Shown: positions 24,010 to 36,899 of the stretch, one piece after another
Numbering within the stretch: position 1 is the stretch's first letter
Layout: every line of letters begins with the position of its first letter
NCBI RefSeq assembly: GCF_001194135.2
Contig: NC_068984.1
Coordinates: 42,176,701-42,240,700 of the forward strand
Reading direction: 5' to 3'
DNA length: 64,000 nt
Origin: Octopus bimaculoides
Taxonomy: Eukaryota
The notes under the pieces: model-generated
Told to the model about the DNA's origin: nothing
Database searches by the model: none
Seen by the model: the letters and a program-made list of their open reading frames with translations, nothing else
Position numbers and translations under genes: made by a program

Positions 24010-24310
24010 ATGAACACTTCAAATCTGACTTCATCACCAACGCCATACGCCTGGCACTAGAAGAAAACACCTTTAGATTCGATGATAAAACATATCGACA
24101 ATTAATGGGCACGGCAATGCAGACGCGGTTTGCACCCTTATATGCTAACATAGTCAGGGGATATTTGGAAGAAAATCTTTATGAAGAAGTAGAGAGAGCT
24201 TTTAATCAGGATTACAAAAATACATCATTAAAATGGAGAAACGCTTCTTCAATGACTGCGTCCTCTTTTGGGACAAATCAAATGAGGACCTACAAATATT
24301 TGATAACTGC
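24010..24310 (+). mobile_element. Penelope-like element reverse transcriptase fragment
   Basis: LEENTFRFDDKTYRQLMGTAMQTRFAPLYANIVRGYLEE then frameshifted RFFNDCVLFWDKS (PLE GTAMGxxxAPxYAN and RYxDD motifs). Confidence 0.9.
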
Positions 24311-24873
24311 ACCCTCCCCATTTTTCTTATTCTTCCATCCTACTTCTTAACATTGACTTCTTTGAAAGGTCACCAGCCCTTTTAAGAAAATGTGTTTATT
24401 TACAAATATATTGACAGGTATACAATGGAAATAAAATAGAAAGGAAAAAAAACTAGAAAAATGCTTTGTAATGAAATTTCAATGAATTGACTACATCAAA
24501 TTGAAAAGAAACTCCTCTCTCTCTCCCTCTCTCTCTCTCTCCCTCTCTCTCTATCTGTCTTATCCTTTCTCCAATTCCTTGATTGTCCTGAAACCTTTCT
24601 ATCTCCTCCACCTCTTTGCTTTTCTTTCTCTCTCCATTTTTCCAAACGCAAAAAAACAAAAACAAAACAAAAAACAATATTCTCCTCTTCTAAACAAAGC
24701 ATAACAACTGATTCATATAAACGAACAANNNNNNNNNNNNNNNNNNNNNNNNNNNNNNNNNNNNNNNNNNNNNNNNNNNNNNNNNNNNNNNNNNNNNNNN
24801 NNNNNNNNNNNNNNNNNNNNNNNNNNNNNNNNNNNNNNNNNNNNNNNNNNNNNNNNNNNNNNNNNNNNNNNNN

Positions 24874-24911
<38 letters not shown>

Positions 24912-25199
24912 TGAATTTATAGTGAATTCTGGAAGTCACTGTATGATAATTCTCATCGCGGCTCTTGTATGAAATTTTCTGCAAATTATGCAAAAACCAT
25001 CTGGAATCTTTTAAATAAGCTTTTATTCTCGCAAATAATGATTGAAGATTCTGAAATCTATTTTAGTTTGCATGATGAAAGGAAAAATGGGAAGATATGA
25101 TGTAAACAACAAATAATCCTCTTATACTGAGCATATTGCATTATTTAAAAATACATACATACAAACAAACATGCATACACACGCATACTCACAAATGGG

Positions 25200-25920
25200 G
25201 AGGATTTTCCCCTGAAATTATTTCCGTAGCGAAATGCTTTCCCACGTCCGAGTGTACACGAACATGTTAAATATGATTCTACTCTCGTTAAACTGTATGT
25301 TGTTGTCCTCAATCCGCTAGCGTATTGCACCTGACTATTGTTGCAAGTGCGTGATGTTTCTAGGAATCTGCATAACTTGTAAGATTGGCTGTCAATGTGA
25401 CTGTGGGCATGTCAGAGAAGGCCACTATGAACAACAGAGGGCCTGAGGCAGTGCTCTGCAGGGCACTAATCACTATTTGCGTTTCCTTGGATTGTGGCAT
25501 CGTTGACTACTACTGCTTGACCTCTATCGTTTAAAAAACCATGTAGCTACTCCCTCAGTTTCCGACTTCGCTGAGATGAAGCAGTTCGTGCCATAATCAA
25601 TGATCGACTTTATTGAAGGCTTTCGCATAGTCGAGATATATCACATACACATTTAAATAATTACTTAAACACCCAGTAAGAATGTTGTTAAAAGCAGCGT
25701 CAGGCAACTTCATGGTCGAAAGCATGTTGGGTATTAGTAAATCATTAACTTCAAGGAACGGGATTAGTTTCCTTCTGACTATTTACTAATATGAGAAGTT
25801 GGAGAGATAGCCCTAGAGACTTTAGCATCTGATATTCGTTTCTTGAAAAATTAGTGTCTCTCGTTGTTCGCATACTCAAGTTTGCCTTCGTATTCATGTT
25901 GTTTACATTTTGTGACGTCC
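25200..25920 (-). mobile_element. CR1/Jockey-like LINE reverse transcriptase remnant
   Basis: SDAKVSRAISPTSHISK, NTQHAF, VYVIYLDYAKAFNKVDH, GPLLFIVAFSDMP, LTSYADS. Confidence 0.88.
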
Positions 25921-26364
25921 TGCACCCATATATGTTTATATATANNNNNNNNNNNNNNNNNNNNNNNNNNNNNNNNNNNNNNNNNNNNNNNNNNNNNNNN
26001 NNNNNNNNNNNNNNNNNNNNNNNNNNNNNNNNNNNNNNNNNNNNNNNNNNNNNNNNNNNNNNNNNNNNNNNNNNNNNNNNNNNNNNNNNNNNNNNNNNNN
26101 NNNNNNNNNNNNNNNNNNNNNNNNNNNNNNNNNNNNNNNNNNNNNNNNNNNNNNNNNNNNNNNNNNNNNNNNNNNNNNNNNNNNNNNNNNNNNNNNNNNN
26201 NNNNNNNNNNNNNNNNNNNNNNNNNNNNNNNNNNNNNNNNNNNNNNNNNNNNNNNNNNNNNNNNNNNNNNNNNNNNNNNNNNNNNNNNNNNNNNNNNNNN
26301 NNNNNNNNNNNNNNNNNNNNNNNNNNNNNNNNNNNNNNNNNNNNNNNNNNNNNNNNNNNNNNNN

Positions 26365-26416
<52 letters not shown>

Positions 26417-26662
26417 TCATACGCATATATATGTATGTACACATATGCATGTATATATGCATATATATATATACTATTTATATTATTATATGTATATATG
26501 TATATATACATATATATATACATATATATATACATAAACACTCACACACACGCACACACACATACACACACACACATACACACACATATATATATACACA
26601 TTTGGTGGATTCAGCACATCAAATTTCAGTAACATGCACGTCGTTCCTAATCAGCTGCACTG

Positions 26663-26664
26663 AA

Positions 26665-26707
<43 letters not shown>

Positions 26708-26713
26708 AATAAA
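26663..26713. repeat. (TAAA)n microsatellite
   Basis: Direct reading. Confidence 0.97.
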
Positions 26714-27632
26714 TTTGTGTTCAATGAAATAAGATATTTAATATCACACTTCACACAGATCTGACGAGTTTTCAAGTTTCCGAACCGGTTCCAATTCAAC
26801 TCGTTTCTCATCATAGGTATAGGTAAATTATCTAAGGAAAGTCAATCTGTGCATGGAGATATATATATATATATATATANNNNNNNNNNNNNNNNNNNNN
26901 NNNNNNNNNNNNNNNNNNNNNNNNNNNNNNNNNNNNNNNNNNNNNNNNNNNNNNNNNNNNNNNNNNNNNNNNNNNNNNNNNNNNNNNNNNNNNNNNNNNN
27001 NNNNNNNNNNNNNNNNNNNNNNNNNNNNNNNNNNNNNNNNNNNNNNNNNNNNNNNNNNNNNNNNNNNNNNNNNNNNNNNNNNNNNNNNNNNNNNNNNNNN
27101 NNNNNNNNNNNNNNNNNNNNNNNNNNNNNNNNNNNNNNNNNNNNNNNNNNNNNNNNNNNNNNNNNNNNNNNNNNNNNNNNNNNNNNNNNNNNNNNNNNNN
27201 NNNNNNNNNNNNNNNNNNNNNNNNNNNNNNNNNNNNNNNNNNNNNNNNNNNNNNNNNNNNNNNNNNNNNNNNNNNNNNNNNNNNNNNNNNNNNNNNNNNN
27301 NNNNNNNNNNNNNNNNNNNNNNNNNNNNNNNNNNNNNNNNNNNNNNNNNNNNNNNNNNNNNNNNNNNNNNNNNNNNNNNNNNNNNNNNNNNNNNNNNNNN
27401 NNNNNNNNNNNNNNNNNNNNNNNNNNNNNNNNNNNNNNNNNNNNNNNNNNNNNNNNNNNNNNNNNNNNNNNNNNNNNNNNNNNNNNNNNNNNNNNNNNNN
27501 NNNNNNNNNNNNNNNNNNNNNNNNNNNNNNNNNNNNNNNNNNNNNNNNNNNNNNNNNNNNNNNNNNNNNNNNNNNNNNNNNNNNNNNNNNNNNNNNNNNN
27601 NNNNNNNNNNNNNATATACACACACACTCACA

Positions 27633-27667
<35 letters not shown>

Positions 27668-27840
27668 ATACACGCACATACTTACATACATATGTATATA
27701 ATATGTATATATACATATTTGCATAGAACTAGGTAAGAAATGTACGATAATCAAGCAATAGTTCAAGCAAAATGCAATTGAGAGGAAATATTGAAGACTA
27801 ATGATTAGTTTGAACTTCGCCGCTCCACGACCCTGTTTTT

Positions 27841-28062
27841 AATAATAATGGCTCCTGATTTAGGCACAAGGCCAGTAATTGTGAGGGGATGGGGTTTATC
27901 GATACTATTGCCCTCAATAGTTAACTGATCCTTTATTTTATCGACCCTGGAGGCATGAAAGGCAAAATTGGCTTCGGTGAGTTTTAAACTCTGAATGTAA
28001 AGACCCAGACTAAATACCGCAAGGTATTTATTTTCGACACTCTAAGATTTTGCCACTTCACC
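27841..28062 (-). mobile_element. tRNA-derived SINE family B
   Basis: Reverse of the family B pattern (ggcacaaggcc tail, ttttatcgacc core). Confidence 0.8.
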
Positions 28063-28299
28063 AAATTTAGTGGTTTCTATTTTAGGCAAAAGACTACCAG
28101 CTTTGAGGAGAGTGAATTAGTCGATAGCATTGAACCTATGTAACCTTAAAATTCATTTAAAAATTACTGACCAGGTGATCTGCCCCTCGCGAAGTCACTC
28201 ACTTCTGGCTGAGTCTCAGCTGTCGTTATTTGCATTAAATTCCGACTTCAGTTCACCGCTACTCCTAAAACAGCTGGGAAAAATGTTGCTCGATTGTCT

Positions 28300-29205
28300 G
28301 AGATGGTCAGATATCAACATCACTTAGACCATAAAGGAACTTGAAGACTTCCTGGGCTTCATGGGACTGCAAATTTCTGTTTGAAAAAATCTATCCGGTA
28401 TCTACCAAAACTTAATGTGTACAATAATGCCGTAAAAATTTCCAAATGCTTGTCCGGCCGGCCTAGTTTTACACAAGAAATAAGTTACTTATTCCATACA
28501 ATAAAAGGCACACCATCTTACAATACTATAAACCCAATTAACCGCCTATCGACGCTGTATAAGATCTTTAGCTCTCTTATCACTGGGAGGAGCTATGCCT
28601 TTTAATAACCAATTAGTAGCTTCCAGTAGAGCATAACGGGTGTAGAAATGGAAGCCCTGGGTAAAAGATCAGTTGTTCACATTCGAGAAAAATGAAAAAA
28701 AAAAACAAATCAAGAAAAATAATCTACAAAAAATTTGACTTGATGACCAATGTCTTTTGCCTTTCACAGTGTACCAAATACCAGGATAAGGAAGAATCCT
28801 TAAATCTATAAAATCTACCCTATCACAACAAATTTCATAAAAAACAGCATGAAAAATTGGAAAACACTCACAACGAAGAGTTACTAACATCAAAATCCGC
28901 CAACATTAAGAATGAATGTGAAACAAAACAACAAATTGAACGATCTCTTTTATATGGTCCATGTGAAAACCTTCGCCAAGAATGACAACCAACAAACTGG
29001 CCTACTGAAAAATCGTAGAGAGCTTTAGTAATGACATTAAAAGGGAGATCGAGATATAAAAGTGCTAAGGCTACATTCAAGATAAGTGAGCTTACCGTAA
29101 CGCCAAACACACTTTGACAATGTCATCCAAATCAAGTAACTTGACCAAAAGGCCATATTTAGGTACCTATGTATGAATAAAGAAGGCATACACAAAAGTG
29201 ACCGA
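28300..29205 (+). mobile_element. R4/Dong-like non-LTR retrotransposon RT remnant
   Basis: PGLHGTANFCLKK, PINRLSTLYKIFSSLI, LNDLFYMVHVKTFAKNDNQ (YMDD box), FSNDI...KC, RYL..NKEGI; pattern typical of R4/Dong-clade RTs. Confidence 0.8.
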
Positions 29206-30055
29206 TAGCCATGTTATGTCTGATGTCTCTTGTGATTCTTGTGTTTCTTCGACCTCTGTACTGGAGTAAAAATGTAGTATGTCAATCAATTTCGGCCCAT
29301 GCTTTGGTTGCATCTTCAGCTTTAAAGTGACAACATACAGTGCCATAAGTTTTCAATCGAGAGATCCTCTCCCGATACGACCAGGAGAGTCTGTTGTAAA
29401 AGTTGACGCGAGAGAAGGTTTAGTTCGCTTCCATGTTTTCGTAAGCAGTGACATTATTTTTCTCTTTGCTCTCTTCTGGATTCACTCCTGTGAATAAGAA
29501 ACGTTGTTCAGTTTTACGAAATTCTCCCATCTAGATTTTTCTTGCAACTGTGATAAATCTAAAAATTCCATTGATTTATTGAAATACAGGATGGTTTTCT
29601 TTCACACAGCTGCTATATGAACGAACCGCAGTATTTGACCTCATGTAAGAATCGCTACTTCTTTTGTTGTCATTGTTGTTTCAGTCTTTAGGGTAATATA
29701 TTTGTGTTTTGGGGACATTTTCTTCAACTAACTGGTCACTAAGCTCTTTATTTTTTTCTTCCTCTTGTACATTCAGGGAATTTTGATTTAATTTTTTTCA
29801 CAACTGAAGTGTTTAGTCAATTAACATAATTATGTGTAGTAGACACACTGGATGTGAAAATGTAATCTGTGTAAATAAAACTTTAAAAGTTTGAAAAAAC
29901 AAAATCCGTTTTTCTCTTACCTACCCCAGGGTATCGAGGGTCGCTTTTCTTTAGGCAATTATAATCCTTTTTACAAGTTCTCACATGAAAACTCCATTTG
30001 GTAATACTTCAATAGATCATATTTCGAAGAGAGAATCAAAAGTGCGCCTCTACGC

Positions 30056-30090
30056 CACCACCACCACCACCACCATCCACCACCACCACC

Positions 30091-30164
<74 letters not shown>
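30056..30164. repeat. Compound (CAC)n(TAC)n microsatellite
   Basis: Direct reading; gives the poly-T/H/Y pseudo-ORF. Confidence 0.98.
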
Positions 30165-30166
<2 letters not shown>

Positions 30167-30510
30167 TCCGATTATAACAACAATAATGATGTATCATTAA
30201 AAATAATTAAGTATTAATAATTATTAAAAATAATAATCATTAATAATCGTCATTTTCTCTAACAAGATCTGAATTTAGAAGAGGGGGAACAGCCGATTTA
30301 ATCTACCTCATGGTGAGTCCATCCGATCACATATCGCTGAACTTAACATTTCACTTTATATTAATAGGAGACATCAGCGTCATGACGGCAATTTAGAAGC
30401 CACATATTGCTGGTCTCTGTGTCTAACTATATGTAATTGAATCCTGATAGATCCTTGTGTAATGTAACTTTCTCGACAATGAGCTGTGTACAATATTTAC
30501 CACTATGACT

Positions 30511-30665
30511 TTGTAGTTAAGAAGCTCGCTTTGCAATAACGTAATTTCGGGTTAGTCTCATTGCGCGGCACTTTGGGCAGATGTCTTTTACTATAGCCCT
30601 GGATCGACTAATACCCTGAATGAATTTGGTAAACGTAAACTGTGAAACTGTAGAAGCACGTCATA
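30511..30665 (+). mobile_element. tRNA-derived SINE family A, 5' half, decayed
   Basis: gtagttaagaagctcgctt...gggttagtctcattgcgcggcactttgggcag...gaatttggtaaacg. Confidence 0.75.
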
Positions 30666-32519
30666 TACATGTATTTGTGTGTGTGAGTGTGAGTGCGCGT
30701 TTGTAAAAATTACACTCCATCCAGTCTCTTGCTTATTTTATCATTTAGTGTGGATAAAAGATAAGGTCGACCGCAACCATATTCGATTTTAGAGCCCTGA
30801 GGGTGAAATGTAATACTGTTGGGCTTAGTCTGACATCCTGCCATTTCTGCCGTCTATTCGTGTCGTTGAGAAATGCTTTATACTCCTAGTTAATGTAAAG
30901 TAAAATACGGGTTTGTGATCTAATACATTTTGTAGGGATCCGTCAAGCCATAAAGAAACTACGAGGTGAATTAGAATTAAAGAATAGTTTTTCAATTAAT
31001 GAAGATATTAAATATTTAAAGATTAGTGAATATAGCCTTATTTTTAGCTATGATCTGGTTTGCAAAGATTTGATCTGTTGGAAAACAACAAAGTGCAACT
31101 TTATACTGGTACTTTTACATTGACGGAACTGCATTGTATTTTGTGTATCAGCAAGGATACTCTAAAATGGTTGACTGAAATGCCGCCAGAACATACTTCC
31201 AGGATGCATCACTTTTACAACGTTGATATTTAACAATGTCGCTTCACTCTTATAGTAAAATATTTTCCGGGAATTGAAGCATATCACACACTACTTTCAA
31301 AAGTATTCACAATATGGCTAGTTTCATTTTCTACATTTCCCAAGATAAGTTTTTTTGTGTAACTGTCTCATATGCTTCCCATTCGCAATGGATTCTTAAT
31401 CCTAGAGCTTTAGAGTTGCACGTCAATATGATAGATTTCTTCGGTCACATTATCTTGCTTGCCTAATTGTTTTGGTGGGAAATCCATTAGTTTTGTATCT
31501 TAGCTGCCTCGTGTGTTCTGCATGGCATCTATCATCTCTCACATCCAGAGTGGTCTGTGCTATGTCAGCAGATTTTCGAATACTATTTTCTTCCAGTCAG
31601 CACTACTGGTTGGGCCGCACGACCAGTTGAATTCTCGGGATTCCTAAACCACATATGACAGCTGGTGGTTTGCAGTAATACTATACAGCGAAACTTTTGT
31701 AAAGCTTGGTGTGAAACCAAGGCACTGTCGTAGAAACTAACCTGCTAAAATACCTTTCCAATCTCACCACTCAATGGTATTTGTGCATAACCCTGATTCT
31801 TTGTTTCCGTGGTCTTCTTGTCTCAACTGAAAAATTTTAGTTATTTCTCGTATCCCTTATTTTAGGTCGAGAGAGACTTAAAACTATGTTGTAGAAAATA
31901 TTTCACAGGTTTTTCATTACTGGCTGTGGCCCTGTCTCATGGCTCTGAAAATCTTTGTCTAAATCTGTTTTCTTCTCGTTTCCGATAAACAAAAACGCAT
32001 TGATGTGTGTTTATTATTGACGTAATCACCCTCCTGAGATAATCAAAATCTTTTCAACACGCGAGTTCACATCAAGAATCTTGTAACTGAAATTCAAACA
32101 CGAAATATTTTATCACAACCTCCTTGATTTATGAAGTTGTTGTACTAATACTTGAATATTATTGGTCATTAAGTGTTATGGACTTCTCTTTGATCTAGTT
32201 GTAAGCTCTGCTTCTTAACAATTTCGTATTTAACATATGGGAACCCGAAACGATTTGGTAAAATATATTTTTTCTCTTTTGCAGATTTATTTGATTGGAC
32301 ACTTTAATATTTTTAAAAGCGTGGGTTAATGAGGTTAATAATGAAATAGGAACTGATTTGCTATTAATTCCTTTCATTAATGCAATTATAACTGGAGTTG
32401 AAAAATAAGCGTAGATAAATTTTGAAATTAATGTTAGCATACTAGCATATGGTGATGTTCGAAATTTTGCTAACGTTCATAATTTTAAATTAACATGTTT
32501 AATTGTAAATTAATGTTAA

Positions 32520-32715
32520 AAGTTCACTCAGCTGCCAAGCTGTATCGGGCCTTTGTCTTTCCTTTGGATAACAGTGGGGGTTTGGAGAGGGGAGGCTGGT
32601 AAGGATGAGTGACTGCTGGTCTTCCATAAACGACCTTGCCCAAACTTGTGCCTCGGAGGGTAACTTTCTAGGTGCAATCCCATGGTCATTCACGATCAAA
32701 GAGAGTCTTTACCCT
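32520..32715 (+). mobile_element. SINE-like dispersed repeat family C (3' part)
   Basis: gccaagctgtatcgg...ggtgcaatcccatggtcattc; reverse-strand relatives at 57445-57640 (ccgatacagcttggcacc) and probably 63370-63500. Confidence 0.65.
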
Positions 32716-32990
32716 TTAATGTTAAAAGATAACATCAACTGTAATCAGAGGCAGGAAAAAAATGCATGATTCCTCTGTTACCGTAATCTCTATAACTTTG
32801 TAATTGAGAAGTTTGGAAGGCGTTAACTAAAAATTGTGAACCTATCTGTAATGAAATATTAATTATAGATTACCATTCTCAGAGAGAAAAAATAGTCTTA
32901 ATGATAAAATACTTTTATCTTACTCATTTTACTATTCAAAAAGTCAGATTCTTCTACCGCAATATATTTGCCTATTCTAAAGTAAATTTT

Positions 32991-33004
32991 GTAGCAATGG
33001 CAAC
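32991..33004. promoter_or_regulatory. RFX X-box-like motif
   Basis: GTAGCAATGGCAAC vs GTTRCCATGGYAAC (2 mismatches). Confidence 0.3.
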
Positions 33005-34820
33005 TAGATTTATTTTTCTGTCTGTTATTTGTCATACGAAAGAGAATTTAATCACTCTTGTGTTATTCTTGACCGAAGACGTGTCTTTAATCGTTTTGGT
33101 AGAGAAAATGTTTGTTCAGCAGTAGCAGATGTTGCAAGAATAACCACTAAAAGTTGGCAAATTGTACAAATATCTGATATTATGTACTTACCATCGGCTG
33201 TTTTTTTTTCATTTCAGAGGGTCTGTAACAGTGCTTTTCAAACATTTTTTTTTAGCTATCACCCACTTTCTTTTACTGACAATTTTAACGTACCCTGACT
33301 GCGATTCAGCAAAATTGAATACCCTACATTTACATTTCCATATATATGTACGCATAAATCAGGACGTTAAGAAAAACTACATTTGCATTGGTCGTATTTA
33401 ATGCACACTTAGAAATACCCACAATTTCTGACGTCTTTCAAATTATACTTTAGTCTATTATCTACAATTTACATCACAAAGGTGGTATATATTAGGTTTT
33501 GTTTATTTACTTATTCACATTTCAAACTTTATAATTATTGTTGGTGTTCGTGTAATTCTGGCTAACAGATAAGTTTCACAATATTACATTTAAATTAATC
33601 TTAAAAGTTAAGGTACATAAGCATTTATCCATTCCCTACATATGTATTCCCCATTGCTCCTTTTGTCTCCAGAAGATTTACTAAATTTTCCCTCGTCTTT
33701 AGAGGACGGTACCCCCCCCCCCCCCNNNNNNNNNNNNNNNNNNNNCCCGAGAAGTATTGGTCAACAATGTAAGCCAAACAACTGAGGTCTCACAAAACTG
33801 ATTTCTGATGTTTTTGGTGATCTGTTGTAAAAGAAATGTCTCCACCCACTAATAAATCTTGTGATTGCAGTATATCTTCTACAGTTCCAATTTTACTTTT
33901 ATTAGGGACCTTTCGTTTTTGAAGTAATACAAATTCTGGAACGAATATCAGGGTGTCAAATGAATTTAATTCATTCCTTAAAATGAATTTAATTCTTTTA
34001 GTACAGTAGTTTCATCCACATGTCGATATTTTAGCTCCTTGCATTGACTTTAACAAATTGTTTGTATTCAAGTACAAGAGCTGGCTAAGGTTTAGTCCAA
34101 TGAAGAAATAAATGTTTCCATATAAGTCAGGTATTGTATAGTTTCAAAAATTGACTTCCAGTTATGTTCTTACCAATACTTGCTTAGGACTGAACTTTTG
34201 CAGTTTTTGATTGCATCTTCAAAGTGGAACACCGATAAAAATGTGTGATTTAAAATCAATTATATTTAGTTATAATTACAAAACTAGTATGCAATTAAAA
34301 CGAACGTCAATACGGTTATATTTTCTAAAAGAAAATTAATCAAAAGAGGCTATTGACTTCAAACTTTTATAAAATATGCCTCTTCAAAATCGACGATAAA
34401 TACTAAAAGTTCTTAAAACCCTCGATCTCTTTCCTTTTGATTCAATTACATACCGATAGTGAAATCACAATCGCAGTATCGTATGTTACCTGAGTGTGAA
34501 CTTATATGGTTTCACACGTAATGTATTGTTCTGATTGTCAGAATGAGTTATTCTAAATCATGAAAACATTTTCACCTATAAAAGATTCAAATCCGAAAGG
34601 GTTAATTAATAAAGTAAAAATAAATATCGAGTCCCATTAAAATACTATTAACAATTCATAAAGCAAACAACTTGGTTGTTTGAGATTATCCATGAAGTCT
34701 ACGTAGTATTTGTAATGTTTACAAACTGAATGTAAAACAAATAACAACATTCATTGTTAATTTGCTTTTAACCGTCGTAGACAAACGAGCTAATGTTTAG
34801 CCCCTGCTGCTTATGCATTG

Positions 34821-34833
34821 GTTCCCAGGCAAC
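34821..34833. promoter_or_regulatory. RFX X-box-like motif (13-bp form)
   Basis: GTTCCCAGGCAAC with a perfect GGCAAC half-site. Confidence 0.3.
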
Positions 34834-36899
34834 GTTCATGATTTTAAAACTGTTAACACTGCCAGAGTGAATAGTATTGTCCAGGTGTCAAAACCATACT
34901 GATATCCGTTTGGCAGCTGATGATGAAAATGCATATTTGATATGCTAGTTTGTGAATTTTTATATGTTGGTGTCTCGTTATTCCGTGTCATCGCTTATGG
35001 CTGAATTAATTTTTGGGTTCATCGTTTATGGCGATTATATACATTGATATTGCTTGATTGGTTTAATGGATAATCTCCTTTGCTTGGGATAATACGTAGT
35101 AATTGATTTCTAGCTTTGAAACGTTTTGTGGCATATATATATATATATANNNNNNNNNNNNNNNNNNNNNNNNNNNNNNNNNNNNNNNNNNNNNNNNNNN
35201 NNNNNNNNNNNNNNNNNNNNNNNNNNNNNNNNNNNNNNNNNNNNNNNNNNNNNNNNNNNNNNNNNNNNNNNNNNNNNNNNNNNNNNNNNNNNNNNNNNNN
35301 NNNNNNNNNNNNNNNNNNNNNNNNNNNNNNNNNNNNNNNNNNNNNNNNNNNNNNNNNNNNNNNNNNNNNNNNNNNNNNNNNNNNNNNNNNNNNNNNNNNN
35401 NNNNNNNNNNNNNNNNNNNNNNNNNNNNNNNNNNNNNNNNNNNNNNNNNNNNNNNNNNNNNNNNNNNNNNNNNNNNNNNNNNNNNNNNNNNNNNNNNNNN
35501 NNNNNNNNNNNNNNNNNNNNNNNNNNNNNNNNNNNNNNNNNNNNNNNNNNNNNNNNNNNNNNNNNNNNNNNNNNNNNNNNNNNNNNNNNNNNNNNNNNNN
35601 NNNNNNNNNNNNNNNNNNNNNNNNNNNNNNNNNNNNNNNNNNNNNNNNNNNNNNNNNNNNNNNNNNNNNNNNNNNNNNNNNNNNNNNNNNNNNNNNNNNN
35701 NNNNNNNNNNNNNNNNNNNNNNNNNNNNNNNNNNNNNNNNNNNNNNNNNNNNNNNNNNNNNNNNNNNNNNNNNNNNNNNNNNNNNNNNNNNNNNNNNNNN
35801 NNNNNNNNNNNNNNNNNNNNNNNNNNNNNNNNNNNNNNNNNNNNNNNNNNNNNNNNNNNNNNNNNNNNNNNNNNNNNNNNNNNNNNNNNNNNNNNNNNNN
35901 NNNNNNNNNNNNNNNNNNNNNNNNNNNNNNNNNNNNNNNNNNNNNNNNNNNNNNNNNNNNNNNNNNNNNNNNNNNNNNNNNNNNNNNNNNNNNNNNNNNN
36001 NNNNNNNNNNNNNNNNNNNNTATATATAGACGGTTTAGATATAGATTCAAGGTTGAATATGGTACTTATGTGTAGGCACCCAAATATCGTATCCCAAAAG
36101 GATAGGTGATCAAAATCAAAAAATAAGCAACACGGATTTCAAAGGTGATTGCAGTACGCACGTTTCATGCTACTCCAATTTATTTAAGTAATGCGAGAAT
36201 TACATTAAATGCAATATGAAGAGCAATCTTCAGCTGCACGAACATGCAGAAAATTACTGTAGAAAAGACATTATAAATGTGGCAACATTTCAAATCCAAG
36301 TGGGAGAGAGAATACATAAAAATCAAAATGTGAGGAAGAATACATAAGTCCATCTTGACATAGCCGAGTCTATCAGGCTAGTAATTGATTCTAGATAAAA
36401 GTTTTAGCTGTCTCAGATTTTATTGTTTCTGATCTAGTGGTGATAGCATAAGGGACAATTACTTCTAAAGAGAGGGAAGGTGTAAGCAGTATGCATGGAC
36501 AAGACTATAAAATGTATTAGAATCTAAAGGCTTCACTGGTCATAGTAGTATCAGGTCATTTTACTACTATCAAAGTGTTGAGGAATTAACGTTGGGGAAT
36601 TACAACCCTAGGTATATGGGTCAAATAGGGTTTTTTTCTCTTTTGGTCTGAATAGAGTAACAGTATAGTGGTACAGATAACAACAATACTCTAACCAATA
36701 TTTTCACAATAAGAGGTATGTTAATAAAATAAATAAAATGAGATGTAATTATTTTCCACAAAAATCATGAAATAATGTCAGTATTGAATTCAGGGGCTCT
36801 GGATAGGGTGTAAAATTTAAGGATATTAAGTATATTGGGTTCATGAAAACTATTTTGAATTATCTTAAAACAATTTTAGCTGAAGATAAGATAATGATA

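Noticed and set aside
31440-31720. Possible RTE C-terminal fragment and a CTGGTGG..GAAAC..GTA motif
   Set aside because: Peptide similarity too weak and no stem I pairing.
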